A DNA stretch of 64,000 nucleotides from a virus. Numbering within the stretch: the stretch's first letter is position 1; each line of letters starts with the position of its first letter. This document shows positions 10,435 through 20,379 of this stretch, in pieces. The notes under the pieces are model-generated. The model had not been told where the DNA came from. It did no database searches and saw only the letters and a list, made by a program, of their open reading frames with translations. Made by a program: the position numbers and the translations under genes. The stretch lies in the IMG/VR virus record IMGVR_UViG_3300012956_000025; one strand, written 5' to 3'.

Positions 10435-11147
10435 GATTAGTCTTAGGTATATTATTTTTGATATTTTTTAGCAGCTCAGAAGCACAAATCGTCAATGCCA
10501 GCTCACCTTATAGGGGTGTGGCTGCAGCTGGTGGTTCGTACCCTGATACGGTAGCAAAGTTCAATTTCTCATATACTGCAAATTCTGTAAGTGGATTTGT
10601 AAACTTAGCTGGTGACCCTAATACTTCAACAGGTGGTGCTATTCGTTCTGGTACGGCTGCTTCGGGTATTACTTGTTCTTCTGTATCTGGTGCTGATTCT
10701 TACTGGCAGGATAATGGAACAGCAGCAGCAGGTAGTTTTGACGAAACTGTATCTAACGGGGCTTTCCCAGTAAACGTGTTAAAACAATTCTTTTTTCACC
10801 AGTCCACTACTTATCCAACAGGTGGTAATATTAGATTATCAAATCTGGTCGTTGGGGCAACTTATGAGATTCATGTTTTATCAAACAGAGGTGAAGTAAC
10901 AGATAACAGGATGACTAAAATTGCCTGTATTGATAATGGTGGAACGGAAAGCATAACAGATATTAATACTGCACCTTCCAGCACATCAGTAACCAGCACA
11001 AGGAGTCAGATAACATCTGGGGGTACTGTTTACTTTTTTAAAAATAAAGTTCCAAATGGAAGCGGTGAAATATCATTTCAGATGGCCGCAGCGAGTGGAT
11101 GGACTTACGGATATATAAATGGTATAATAGTAATAAGAACAGCATAA
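10431..11147 (+). CDS. Signal-peptide beta-sandwich protein
   Basis: Signal ending SSEA|Q; beta-rich mature region ending YGYINGIIVI. Confidence 0.55.
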   Translation: MRLVLGILFLIFFSSSEAQIVNASSPYRGVAAAGGSYPDTVAKFNFSYTANSVSGFVNLAGDPNTSTGGAIRSGTAASGITCSSVSGADSYWQDNGTAAAGSFDETVSNGAFPVNVLKQFFFHQSTTYPTGGNIRLSNLVVGATYEIHVLSNRGEVTDNRMTKIACIDNGGTESITDINTAPSSTSVTSTRSQITSGGTVYFFKNKVPNGSGEISFQMAAASGWTYGYINGIIVIRTA

Positions 11148-11572
11148 TGAAAAAACTAATATTTATAATAGCACTCTTTTTAACAAGTATTTGCTATTCA
11201 CAAACGGTTGATAATGCGGTTAAGTCCGTAGTAAAAGACGAAATTACACAATTTAGTAAAACTCTAGATAGTGTTTTGGTTATACAGAGAGAATCCAGTG
11301 GTATATTTTACGTTGATACACTTTTTGTAAAAGACGGTACTGTTGGCTTATTTGAAATGAATCTTACCGGTATTGGTAGTTCTGTATCATCTGCTAAAAA
11401 ATATGCAATAATATCAAACATTGCTGGTAAGTACACTATTGTTAGAAATCTTAATCCAATAAGCTATTCAGGATATACTGGAAGTAAATGGGATTTATTA
11501 CTCGTAAATGGACTACCAATGGTGCGTATAACTTCACCTATTTTAACTAAATGGGAGTATAAAAGATATTAA
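11147..11572 (+). CDS. Signal-peptide hypothetical protein
   Basis: Probable start MKKLIFIIALFLTSICYS|Q at the TAATG overlap. Confidence 0.6.
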   Translation: MKKLIFIIALFLTSICYSQTVDNAVKSVVKDEITQFSKTLDSVLVIQRESSGIFYVDTLFVKDGTVGLFEMNLTGIGSSVSSAKKYAIISNIAGKYTIVRNLNPISYSGYTGSKWDLLLVNGLPMVRITSPILTKWEYKRY

Positions 11573-11574
11573 TT

Positions 11575-14500
11575 ATGAGAAGACTATTATTCATATTCAC
11601 TTTATTTATTTCAATTGTTACAAATGCTCAGGTAGTTGGCCGTCAAAATACTGACCAATATCCGGTTACTTCATGGGGAACTTTGACCTATGGCTTAACT
11701 TGGTTACCTAACGGATATGCAAATACAGCCGGGTATAATAAGAAATACCCATTGATTATATTCCTGCATGGTGCAGGTGAAGCAGGTACAACGGCAGCAC
11801 ATTTGAGCAGGTTACTTAATAATTCAATACCAAAGATGATTTCTCAAGGATGGAACGCAACAGTTATAAATCCTTTGACAAATCAGCCAGATAGTTTTAT
11901 TGTGATATCTCCACAAGCTGGTGGCTGGTCATATAACTACGCTTCGTTAAAATACATTCTTCCTAATGTATTAAGCAGGTATAGAGTTGACGAGACGAGA
12001 ATTTATCTTACAGGTCTTTCTGCTGGAGGTGCTGGTGTATTTAGTGTACTGGGCAGTAATGATAGTACATTTACCCGCAAGTTCGCAGCCATGGCCACAT
12101 CCAGTTCAGCAGGAGTTGATGGAGTTAATGGCTACACAGATTTACAAGTTGAAGCACAACTTCGTAATGCTAAAAGAGATAGTGTTCATGTATGGACGGT
12201 GGCTGGAGAGCAGGATTACTTATTGGATACAGATGTAAGATATCATGATAGTACCAATAAACTAAGTCCTGCAATACCTAATAAACTTACTGTTATAGCA
12301 ACTCTGGCACACTCCACTTGGACAAAACAATATGATACTGCTTTTAGACCAACTTTGAATTATTATGGTAACTCAGCGAATTGTACCAGCGGATGCCCTT
12401 CTATAACTGCTCCTAATAATAATGGTTCTCCGGTTAGGGGCACAGGAGCTACGCAGGATAGTTTGAATGTTTATGAATGGTTCCTGTTATGGTCAAGAAC
12501 TGCCGTGTTCACAATATCTGCCGGGGCAGACCAAACGATAGAGTTACCTACTAATTCTGTAACCCTGACAGGAAGTGCAGTACCATCACAAGGCAACACA
12601 ATATCTTCTTACGGGTGGAGTAAAGTATCGGGAGGTTCTGCAACAATAACATCTCCATCATCATCAACTACGACTGTTACCGGGTTATTAGCTGGCAGTT
12701 ATACTTTTAGAATAACTGTAACAGAAAGTACAGGGACTATTAAAACCGATGATGTATCAATTACTGTTAATGCGTCAACAGAACATTATGCCCCATTAAT
12801 AGTAGCTGGTGCTGACCAAAGCATAACATTGCCTACTTCTACGGCCAATGTCACTTCAAGTACCACAATATATGATGGAGAAACAGAAATAATATCATGG
12901 ACAAAATTCAGAATACCGAGTTATAATAAATCAGGAGTGAAGATATATGGTTTAGGAAGTTCAACTATGTCTGGGTTGAATGGGCCAACTACGTCTGATA
13001 GTTCTTTTATCAGCAGAGTGAGACAGTATTATGTAGGGAGAGGACTTGTTGATTCAGTATTGAATTATGGCATTGATGGAGGTGCTGATTTGGGTATTGC
13101 ATTCCCTACTGGCTACACATCTCCATTTGGATTACAAAGCCCGTTATCAACTAATAATATCAGCAAGGTTTTATCTACTGGCGGGGATAATTCAAAGAAA
13201 ATAGTAATTATCAATTTCCCAACAAATTCATTAGATGGGAGCATTACTGCTACTCAATATGCTCAAGCATTACAAATATTAAAAGATACACTTGAATCTT
13301 ATGGGATTGCTACATATATAACAACGACACAGCCGAGGCAGGATTTCAATTCGACCATCGAAGCAAAGTTGAAAGTTGTAAGAGATACTATAATGAACAG
13401 ATTTGGTGATAGGGCTTTGGACTTTTACACAGGCTTGACTGTACCGGGAACTACTCAAATGATTCCTATATACGCATCAAGCGATAGTATCCACATGACA
13501 AATGCTGGACATGAGAGATTCTTTCAAATAGTTAAAGAAAAGAATATCCTTAAAACGTTAATGGCAACAGCATCTTCAATAAGTACACCTACTGCAAAAA
13601 ATACAGCTATTACTGGATTAACAGAAGGAGTGCATACATTTCAGGTAGGTGTAATGGACGGGAGAGGTTTAGCGGCAAGTGATACAGTAACCGTAACAGT
13701 AAATGCAGAAGTAGGTTGTAGTGGTACAAGTTATACACCGACTCCTGCTGGGGATAATGGTTACTATAATACTTACAACTTGCAGCCGGGAGATACACTA
13801 TATCTTGATGGCTCACATACGTTTTCTTATGTGTATCTGTTTAACAGGCATGGTACTGCAAATTGCCCCATTATCATAACAAATAAAAATGGTCAGGCAA
13901 GGCTTAGAGGCGATGAGTTGAAATTAGAAAATTGTAGTTACATAAAAGTATTAGGCAATGGCGATATAAGTCATACTTATGGTATTTCTATCCGTCCTTA
14001 TGGTGTAGATACAATAGTAAATGGAAAATTTGGTATAAATATTTTGGGTAAATCTAAGAATATTGAAATTGGGCATGTGAAGATAAGTAATGCCGGAATG
14101 GGTATGAGCATAAAACATGACCCTGATTGTGATACTACATATAATTATCCAAATTATGTAATGGATAGTATAACTATTCACAATAATCATATCACTCAGA
14201 TATGGAATCAGGGGTTATATATTGGTAATACTGCGGCTGATAATAATCAATATGGGTATTCTCCACGTCCGATAGTATGTAGCGGGGATACTGTTTATTA
14301 TAATCCAATGCGGTTAGGCCATGTAAAAGTATATAATAATTATATTGACAGTACAGGTCGGGGAGGCATACAGCTTAGTGCTGCTTCGCATGGTTTGAAT
14401 GAAATATACAACAATACTGTGAGACATTCCGGGATGAATGGTGATGAAGCGCAGGGAAATGCAATTGTGCTGGGAGCTTACACATCTGCTCATATTTATA

Positions 14501-16986
14501 ATAACACCGTATCAAACACATATACTCATGGAATAGCCTCTGAGGGGGGAAGTAATACAGATACAACTATTAAAATCTGGAACAATTCTATTGATTCAAG
14601 TGGGTACTTAAGGGCTTATGATTTATCTGTCACAGGTAGGTATGAAATTAAAATAAGTACCGAACCAACTTATTCCGATAGTCTTAGCTGGCCGTATTCT
14701 ACTTTTATAAAAACAATTTTTCAGGATAATGATGATAGTACTCGATTTAGTATAAAAGACAATCAATTCGGTTTAAGAAAACAAACTTATGGGGTAGGCA
14801 TATTTGACCAAAGTAATACAATACAGGCTAATGGTAATATTATATGTGGTAATACAAATACTTTAGGTGGAAGTGTTACTGTCAACGTAGAAGGTGCTAA
14901 TAGTGTGACATGGGGAAGTGATTGCATAAGTTGCGTAGGTACAAAAAAATATGTAACTCCAAATAGTACAGGTGGCGGTTACAATAGTTATTACTCTACT
15001 TCATCTGGTTATCAGCCCGGAGATACAATAGTATTGCAAGCCTCTTATAATCCGTGGGGGTACTTTGGTTTTGGTAACGTGGCAGGAACAGCATCTTGCC
15101 CGATAATAGTAATGCAGGAAGGAGGACAGGTGACATTGAAGGACGGTATTGCCTTTGAAAATGTGCAATACGTTAAAGTCCTTGGAAATCTCGGTGGATT
15201 GCAATATGGATTCAAGGTAGAATCAAATCTTGCAGACCCGAATAACGTGGCGATTGGGATTGCAAAGAAAAGTAGGAATGTGGAGGTAGCAAATGTTTAT
15301 GTCACCAATTCCGAATACGGCTGTTGGATAAAGAATGAAGCTGAATGTGATACTACAATAAATTATCCTAACTGGTGGCTGGATTCAATTAGTGTACATG
15401 ATTGTTATTTTAAAGGGATGGATTCGCAAGGGTTCTATATGGGAAGTACTGACCCAAATAATCTTGATAGACCTATCAGTTGTGATAGTAGTGGATTTAC
15501 AGTAACAAAATACTATGCTCCTACTCGTTTGAGAAATATAAAAATATATAATAATATTATTGACTCAACAGGTCGTCCGGGTATTCAACTTTCCGCAGCA
15601 ATGGAAGGCACAAATGAAATTTATAACAACACCATTAGCAACGTTGGTACTCAGTACGATGATGCTCAGGGTGCTGGTATATCATTAGGCGGATATACTC
15701 GTGCACTTGTTTACGGAAATAGAATTAAAAAGACATTAACTTGGGGAATTGTTGCTTTGGGTGCATCTGGTCTAAGTAAAATATATGATAATGTGATTGA
15801 TAGTAGTGGACGATTAGGTGGAACAACCCTCACATGGCCAGCAAACATCCATGTTGACACTCGTACAACTACACCAGTTGATAGTACAACCTTCCAAATA
15901 AGGAATAACGTAATGAATAATCCGGGAAGTGCATCATATAATATTACAATAGCTGACCAAAGAAATACTATTACCAACAAAAATGTAATATGTAATAATA
16001 TAACATTTGGAAATAAACCAGCAACTATTAGTAATTCTGAGACATTACAGTCATTGAATTGTAATACTGCTTTTCACACTTTACCTTCGATAACTCTAAG
16101 TGGTCCAGATACTATTACATTGCCGTTGGACAGTATTACTTTAAATGTGACTTTAGTAACAACAAGTGATACTGCCGGAAGGATTTATAAGTGGACTAAA
16201 TTAAAGTCACCTTCTGCAACGAATAAACGGATAACAGTTATTGGTTCAAGTACTGTTGAGGGGTATGGTGTATCAGCAACTCAGAACTTTGTTTACTTAC
16301 TGAAGGAGCATTATAAAGGACTAGGATTAATTGATACTATTTATAATCTAGGTTCAGGTGGTACTGACCCAATCAACTATAACTATACAACAGCACTCAA
16401 TAAGGGAGCAGAGATATTTCTTATGTCATTCCCTACAAATGGATATGATAGTTATAGCATTAGCACCATTCTTGCAGAATATAGAGAAGCAAGAGATAGT
16501 TGTTTAGGCAGAGGAGTTGAGTTCTTCTGTACAGGAACTCAGCCTAGAAATCCATATAGTGATGCAAACAGGATAAAATTAAACACAATCAATGACTCTC
16601 TGAGAAACATTTTTGGTGAAAGATTTATCGACTTTAATACGTTTCTTCTGAATAAGGATGGTAATTTAATGAAAACTGCATATGACCAAGGTGATGGATT
16701 TCATATCAATGCATCTGGTCATGCTCAATTAGCAGAGTTAGTCATAGCTGCAAATATGTTTCAGGCTTTTGCAACTGGCTCAACAGTCAACAGTCATTCA
16801 GCTATTGTTGATAGTACTCTTGCAACAGATAATGCAGTTGGTACTCACCTATATCAGTTATCTGTTTGGGATACCTATGGTGTTGGTAACAGTGAAGTAT
16901 ATCAGTTAGTTCAAGAAGATGTTCCCGGTGACCCCGGAGAACCCTACAAAGGGTTTAAATTAAGAGGAAGAAGAATAAAATTTTAA
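11575..16986 (+). CDS. 1803-aa multidomain exported enzyme: alpha/beta-hydrolase esterase, PKD repeats, two SGNH domains, two right-handed beta-helix domains
   Basis: Signal TNA|Q; FLHGAGE and GLSAGG; AGADQTIELP..YGWSKVSG (PKD); GSST..G and DSIH/DGFH (SGNH); repeated NNxIDSTGRxGIQLSAA (beta-helix). Confidence 0.8.
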   Translation: MRRLLFIFTLFISIVTNAQVVGRQNTDQYPVTSWGTLTYGLTWLPNGYANTAGYNKKYPLIIFLHGAGEAGTTAAHLSRLLNNSIPKMISQGWNATVINPLTNQPDSFIVISPQAGGWSYNYASLKYILPNVLSRYRVDETRIYLTGLSAGGAGVFSVLGSNDSTFTRKFAAMATSSSAGVDGVNGYTDLQVEAQLRNAKRDSVHVWTVAGEQDYLLDTDVRYHDSTNKLSPAIPNKLTVIATLAHSTWTKQYDTAFRPTLNYYGNSANCTSGCPSITAPNNNGSPVRGTGATQDSLNVYEWFLLWSRTAVFTISAGADQTIELPTNSVTLTGSAVPSQGNTISSYGWSKVSGGSATITSPSSSTTTVTGLLAGSYTFRITVTESTGTIKTDDVSITVNASTEHYAPLIVAGADQSITLPTSTANVTSSTTIYDGETEIISWTKFRIPSYNKSGVKIYGLGSSTMSGLNGPTTSDSSFISRVRQYYVGRGLVDSVLNYGIDGGADLGIAFPTGYTSPFGLQSPLSTNNISKVLSTGGDNSKKIVIINFPTNSLDGSITATQYAQALQILKDTLESYGIATYITTTQPRQDFNSTIEAKLKVVRDTIMNRFGDRALDFYTGLTVPGTTQMIPIYASSDSIHMTNAGHERFFQIVKEKNILKTLMATASSISTPTAKNTAITGLTEGVHTFQVGVMDGRGLAASDTVTVTVNAEVGCSGTSYTPTPAGDNGYYNTYNLQPGDTLYLDGSHTFSYVYLFNRHGTANCPIIITNKNGQARLRGDELKLENCSYIKVLGNGDISHTYGISIRPYGVDTIVNGKFGINILGKSKNIEIGHVKISNAGMGMSIKHDPDCDTTYNYPNYVMDSITIHNNHITQIWNQGLYIGNTAADNNQYGYSPRPIVCSGDTVYYNPMRLGHVKVYNNYIDSTGRGGIQLSAASHGLNEIYNNTVRHSGMNGDEAQGNAIVLGAYTSAHIYNNTVSNTYTHGIASEGGSNTDTTIKIWNNSIDSSGYLRAYDLSVTGRYEIKISTEPTYSDSLSWPYSTFIKTIFQDNDDSTRFSIKDNQFGLRKQTYGVGIFDQSNTIQANGNIICGNTNTLGGSVTVNVEGANSVTWGSDCISCVGTKKYVTPNSTGGGYNSYYSTSSGYQPGDTIVLQASYNPWGYFGFGNVAGTASCPIIVMQEGGQVTLKDGIAFENVQYVKVLGNLGGLQYGFKVESNLADPNNVAIGIAKKSRNVEVANVYVTNSEYGCWIKNEAECDTTINYPNWWLDSISVHDCYFKGMDSQGFYMGSTDPNNLDRPISCDSSGFTVTKYYAPTRLRNIKIYNNIIDSTGRPGIQLSAAMEGTNEIYNNTISNVGTQYDDAQGAGISLGGYTRALVYGNRIKKTLTWGIVALGASGLSKIYDNVIDSSGRLGGTTLTWPANIHVDTRTTTPVDSTTFQIRNNVMNNPGSASYNITIADQRNTITNKNVICNNITFGNKPATISNSETLQSLNCNTAFHTLPSITLSGPDTITLPLDSITLNVTLVTTSDTAGRIYKWTKLKSPSATNKRITVIGSSTVEGYGVSATQNFVYLLKEHYKGLGLIDTIYNLGSGGTDPINYNYTTALNKGAEIFLMSFPTNGYDSYSISTILAEYREARDSCLGRGVEFFCTGTQPRNPYSDANRIKLNTINDSLRNIFGERFIDFNTFLLNKDGNLMKTAYDQGDGFHINASGHAQLAELVIAANMFQAFATGSTVNSHSAIVDSTLATDNAVGTHLYQLSVWDTYGVGNSEVYQLVQEDVPGDPGEPYKGFKLRGRRIKF

Positions 16987-16996
16987 ATAAAAGAAT

Positions 16997-17380
16997 ATGA
17001 ATCCCTATTTAGCAATTCCATTAGGTTGGATACTCGGACTACTAGTAGTAGTTGCTGTAGCATCCATACGTATACAAATGAATAACAAGTATGAAGAAAA
17101 TTTCATACAAGCCTTTAAAAAGTATCTTAAAAAGGGTACAGGAAGGCTAGTCTTATCTATTTTAATAATGCTTATAGCAATGTTCATTTTACCTGATATT
17201 ATTGCAAATGTATCTGGTGAAAATGAAAATGCAACCAAATATAAGAGTTTGATACATAATATATTAGGTTGGATGAGAACTTATGCTGTTATTGGTGGAT
17301 TAATAGCAGAAACAGTCGGTTTCTGGCTTGTAAATAGAAGAGACAAAGTATTTAAAGAAGTAGACGAAAAAACAGATTAA
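16997..17380 (+). CDS. Membrane protein, holin candidate
   Basis: Three hydrophobic segments and a charged C-terminus. Confidence 0.45.
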   Translation: MNPYLAIPLGWILGLLVVVAVASIRIQMNNKYEENFIQAFKKYLKKGTGRLVLSILIMLIAMFILPDIIANVSGENENATKYKSLIHNILGWMRTYAVIGGLIAETVGFWLVNRRDKVFKEVDEKTD

Positions 17381-17401
17381 TAAAATTAAAAACTTAATAT
17401 T

Positions 17402-17503
17402 ATGTTTGCATGGGGAATAATTACAGGGGCTGCGGCCTTCGCTTTATTAGCTGCATTAGGTAAGGCTTTTGCAGAATGGGCTAAAAAGAAATGGTTTAAC
17501 TAA
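17402..17503 (+). CDS. 33-aa single-TM peptide (not in the ORF track)
   Basis: MFAWGIITGAAAFALLAALGKAFAEWAKKKWFN* fills the intergenic gap. Confidence 0.55.
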   Translation: MFAWGIITGAAAFALLAALGKAFAEWAKKKWFN

Positions 17504-17516
17504 AACTAAAAAAATT

Positions 17517-17750
17517 ATGAAGTATATATTAGTACTTGCATTACTTGTATTGCTGGCATTATCATGTAAAGATGAGCCAAAAGAGGTAAATACTGACCCT
17601 CTTGTAATAGAGGAAGTAGTAACACTTGCTCCTCATCAAAAAGGATTTATACAAGATGTAGATAATCCTTCCAGAGGAAGAGTTAAAGTAGTTATCAATA
17701 ATTATACTGATTCAACTAAGACTTTTATCATTTCTGTAAAAGAAAAATAA
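17517..17750 (+). CDS. Small lipoprotein
   Basis: MKYILVLALLVLLALS|C lipobox. Confidence 0.6.
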   Translation: MKYILVLALLVLLALSCKDEPKEVNTDPLVIEEVVTLAPHQKGFIQDVDNPSRGRVKVVINNYTDSTKTFIISVKEK

Positions 17751-18472
17751 TGAAGGTTTGTCTGATTACTGCTACAAAGAATAGACATAAGCACTTAGAA
17801 AGGCTGACAAGATTTGTTCTTAATCAGACAGTAGATTCATATGTACATCTTATATTTAATAACGCTCCTACGGAATTACGTTTGAATAGAAACTTGCCTT
17901 CTGATAGGTTTATTATTATAAATAATCATATAAGTTTAACTACAGGTAAACCATATGAAACATTAGGAGAGATATATAATGATGCTATAAAATATGTACC
18001 AGATGACTGTGACATTATCAACCATATGGATGATGACGATATCTTCCTTCCAAATCATATAGAAGAAGGTATTAAGGGTCTAGAAAAAGGTAAAACTAAG
18101 GCATATAAACCACAAAAAAGCTGGTATAAACATGGTAGAAATAAACCTGTCTTAGTAGAAAATACTTTAGAACCTTCAATTTTCGTAGATTCTCTACATG
18201 TGAAACAGTATGGATATGGTATAGAATCTGTAGCACAACATCATAAATGGATAAATCCTTTAGTTTATGAGAAACAAATATTCGTAGACCCTGATGGAGT
18301 ACCTACTTATATGTGTGACTGGAGTCAGGAAATTGGAACATTTAAGACATCCGGAGACCCTCATAATCCTAATAACTTCAGAAATTATGAAAGCTGGTCA
18401 AGGGACATAGGAGATGGTATAATTACTCCATGCTCACAGAGCTGGGCTGACCATTGCTGTAGAATAAAATAA
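17750..18472 (+). CDS. Glycosyltransferase, GT2-like (GT-A)
   Basis: CLITATKNR start; INHMDDDDIFLPNHI (DxD region). Confidence 0.8.
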   Translation: MKVCLITATKNRHKHLERLTRFVLNQTVDSYVHLIFNNAPTELRLNRNLPSDRFIIINNHISLTTGKPYETLGEIYNDAIKYVPDDCDIINHMDDDDIFLPNHIEEGIKGLEKGKTKAYKPQKSWYKHGRNKPVLVENTLEPSIFVDSLHVKQYGYGIESVAQHHKWINPLVYEKQIFVDPDGVPTYMCDWSQEIGTFKTSGDPHNPNNFRNYESWSRDIGDGIITPCSQSWADHCCRIK

Positions 18473-18478
18473 CCAACA

Positions 18479-19420
18479 ATGATATTTCTTTCAGCACAGC
18501 CTTGGGACCCCTATTTCGTGTGGCAAATCGAGGTACAGATAGTAAACTTTAGAAAACATAGTATTTCGGGTAGTATGCATGTATGTGTATGGTACCCAAA
18601 TGATACGGTTGACTTAAAACCTTGGTTTAAGTTAAGTATAAAGTATCCGGAAGTAAAATTCTTCTATTATAAGGATGAAGGAGTAGATTTGGGATTGTAT
18701 ATTCCTCAATTAAGACCTCAAATACTAGCAAAGCATTTTGATAGTAACCCCCATCTAAAAAATGAGGTTATATTTTATCACGATAGTGATATTATATTTA
18801 ACTATCTACCTGATTTTCAAAGACTTAGTGAAGATAATATAAATTGGCAATCCGATACATCTGGATACCTTGATTACAATTATCTTAGGCGTAAGGAGAT
18901 AGAAGGAAAGATACCTGAGGACTATGCAGTAGGTATACTTGCTAATATAGGGAATGTATCAGTGGACATATTTAGGCAATATTCAGGAAAAACTGGCGGT
19001 GCACAATATATACTAAAGGGAGTAGATGGAGATTTTTGGAGAGATGTAGAGAGACAGGTATTACTAATAAGAAAAGCCTTCTTCTACGGAATTAAGGGTT
19101 CTATTAATCAGACTTATTTTTCATCAGAATCTGCAGGATTTCAATCATGGTGTGCAGATATGTGGGCTGTAAATATGGCTCTATGGAGTAGAGGAATGAT
19201 AACAGACGTTACTCCAGAATTGGACTTCTCTTGGGCTACAGATTCAGCTGAGACCTATAATAAGAAACCTATCTTCCATAATGCAGGTGCCACTAAGTCT
19301 AGTGCTGGATTGTTTTATAAAGGAGCATGGATTTCTAAATCTCCAATAGGAAAAAATCATGCTGTAAAGAAGGATAGTGCTTCCTCATTTTACGTACAGG
19401 CAATAAACGAAGTGAAATAA
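18479..19420 (+). CDS. GT-A-fold glycosyltransferase, possibly peptidyl O-glycosyltransferase-like
   Basis: FYHDSDIIF (DxD), GGAQY, WCADMWA, IFHNAG. Confidence 0.6.
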   Translation: MIFLSAQPWDPYFVWQIEVQIVNFRKHSISGSMHVCVWYPNDTVDLKPWFKLSIKYPEVKFFYYKDEGVDLGLYIPQLRPQILAKHFDSNPHLKNEVIFYHDSDIIFNYLPDFQRLSEDNINWQSDTSGYLDYNYLRRKEIEGKIPEDYAVGILANIGNVSVDIFRQYSGKTGGAQYILKGVDGDFWRDVERQVLLIRKAFFYGIKGSINQTYFSSESAGFQSWCADMWAVNMALWSRGMITDVTPELDFSWATDSAETYNKKPIFHNAGATKSSAGLFYKGAWISKSPIGKNHAVKKDSASSFYVQAINEVK

Positions 19421-19435
19421 ACTTTATATATTATT

Positions 19436-19466
19436 TTTGATAAGTCATTAAAATAGCTTATATTAT
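19436..19466 (+). promoter_or_regulatory. Variant promoter TTTG-N19-TATATTAT upstream of the lysis genes
   Basis: Motif shared with 4208, 21177(-) and 61971. Confidence 0.5.
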
Positions 19467-19503
19467 AATATTAACTAACCTTTATGTAAAATCGAAAAAT
19501 GAA

Positions 19504-19794
19504 ATGGAAATAATTATTAGCGGAGCAATTGGTATTGTAACAATGGTAGCCGGATATTTTTTAGGAAAAAAGAAACAAGATGCTGATATAAGAGCAACCA
19601 ATGCAAGTGCTCATTTTTCAGAACTGGATGCAACGGAAAAAGCAGTTGCTATATGGAGAGCACTAGGACAAGATTTAAAAAGGGAAGTTGATGAGTTGAG
19701 AATACTTGTAGTCCAGTTAAGGGCTGAAAATGGAAGATTAAAAGATGAGATAGAACATCTCCACGAAAAGCTATCAAAATTTATTAATAAATAA
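19504..19794 (+). CDS. N-terminal TM + coiled-coil protein (holin/lysis accessory candidate)
   Basis: Single TM then heptad pattern; directly upstream of the endolysin. Confidence 0.55.
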   Translation: MEIIISGAIGIVTMVAGYFLGKKKQDADIRATNASAHFSELDATEKAVAIWRALGQDLKREVDELRILVVQLRAENGRLKDEIEHLHEKLSKFINK

Positions 19795-19795
19795 T

Positions 19796-20347
19796 ATGAT
19801 TTTTCTATCCGCAGGACATCACAGCAAGCATCTGGTTAATCCAGACCCCGGAGCAATCTCCAAAAATGGAATAAAAGAAGGAGACCTCACAATAGAGTTT
19901 AGAAATCTAGTAAGTTATGAACTGACTCTTTTAGGAGCAGCTCACAGAACAGATTCTGACCAAGAGACATTACAACAATATGTAAACCGTATCCAAACTG
20001 GAAGTGGTTCTGTTGTTATAGAATTTCACTTTGATGCAGGTCCACCAACAGCTACAGGTTCTACCTCCTTAATAGAGGTTGATGCAGATAGGCTGGATAA
20101 AGCCTTTGCAAAAGAATTAGTTGATACAACTTCTTCTATCTTAGGAATTAAGAATAGAGGAGTTAAAACGGAGGCAGATACTCGTCATAAACGTCTTGCT
20201 TTAATGAAAGAAGATGGTTTAGTATGCCTTTTAGAATTAGCATTTATATCTAATGAGGATGATTTAGCTAAATATAACATAAAAAAGAAAGAATTAGCTC
20301 GTGCTGTTGCTCAGATTTTAATAAAGTACGAAGCAATAATACCATAA
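19796..20347 (+). CDS. Endolysin, N-acetylmuramoyl-L-alanine amidase (Amidase_3)
   Basis: LSAGH, DPGA, E(GD), EFHFDA, LLELAFISN Zn-amidase motifs. Confidence 0.9.
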   Translation: MIFLSAGHHSKHLVNPDPGAISKNGIKEGDLTIEFRNLVSYELTLLGAAHRTDSDQETLQQYVNRIQTGSGSVVIEFHFDAGPPTATGSTSLIEVDADRLDKAFAKELVDTTSSILGIKNRGVKTEADTRHKRLALMKEDGLVCLLELAFISNEDDLAKYNIKKKELARAVAQILIKYEAIIP

Positions 20348-20379
20348 ATATTTAAACCGTTCTTGCATTCCGGTTAGAA

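Noticed and set aside
7288..16986. Diversity-generating retroelement or invertible tail-fibre cassette
   Set aside because: No reverse transcriptase, recombinase or template/variable repeat pair is visible in the window.
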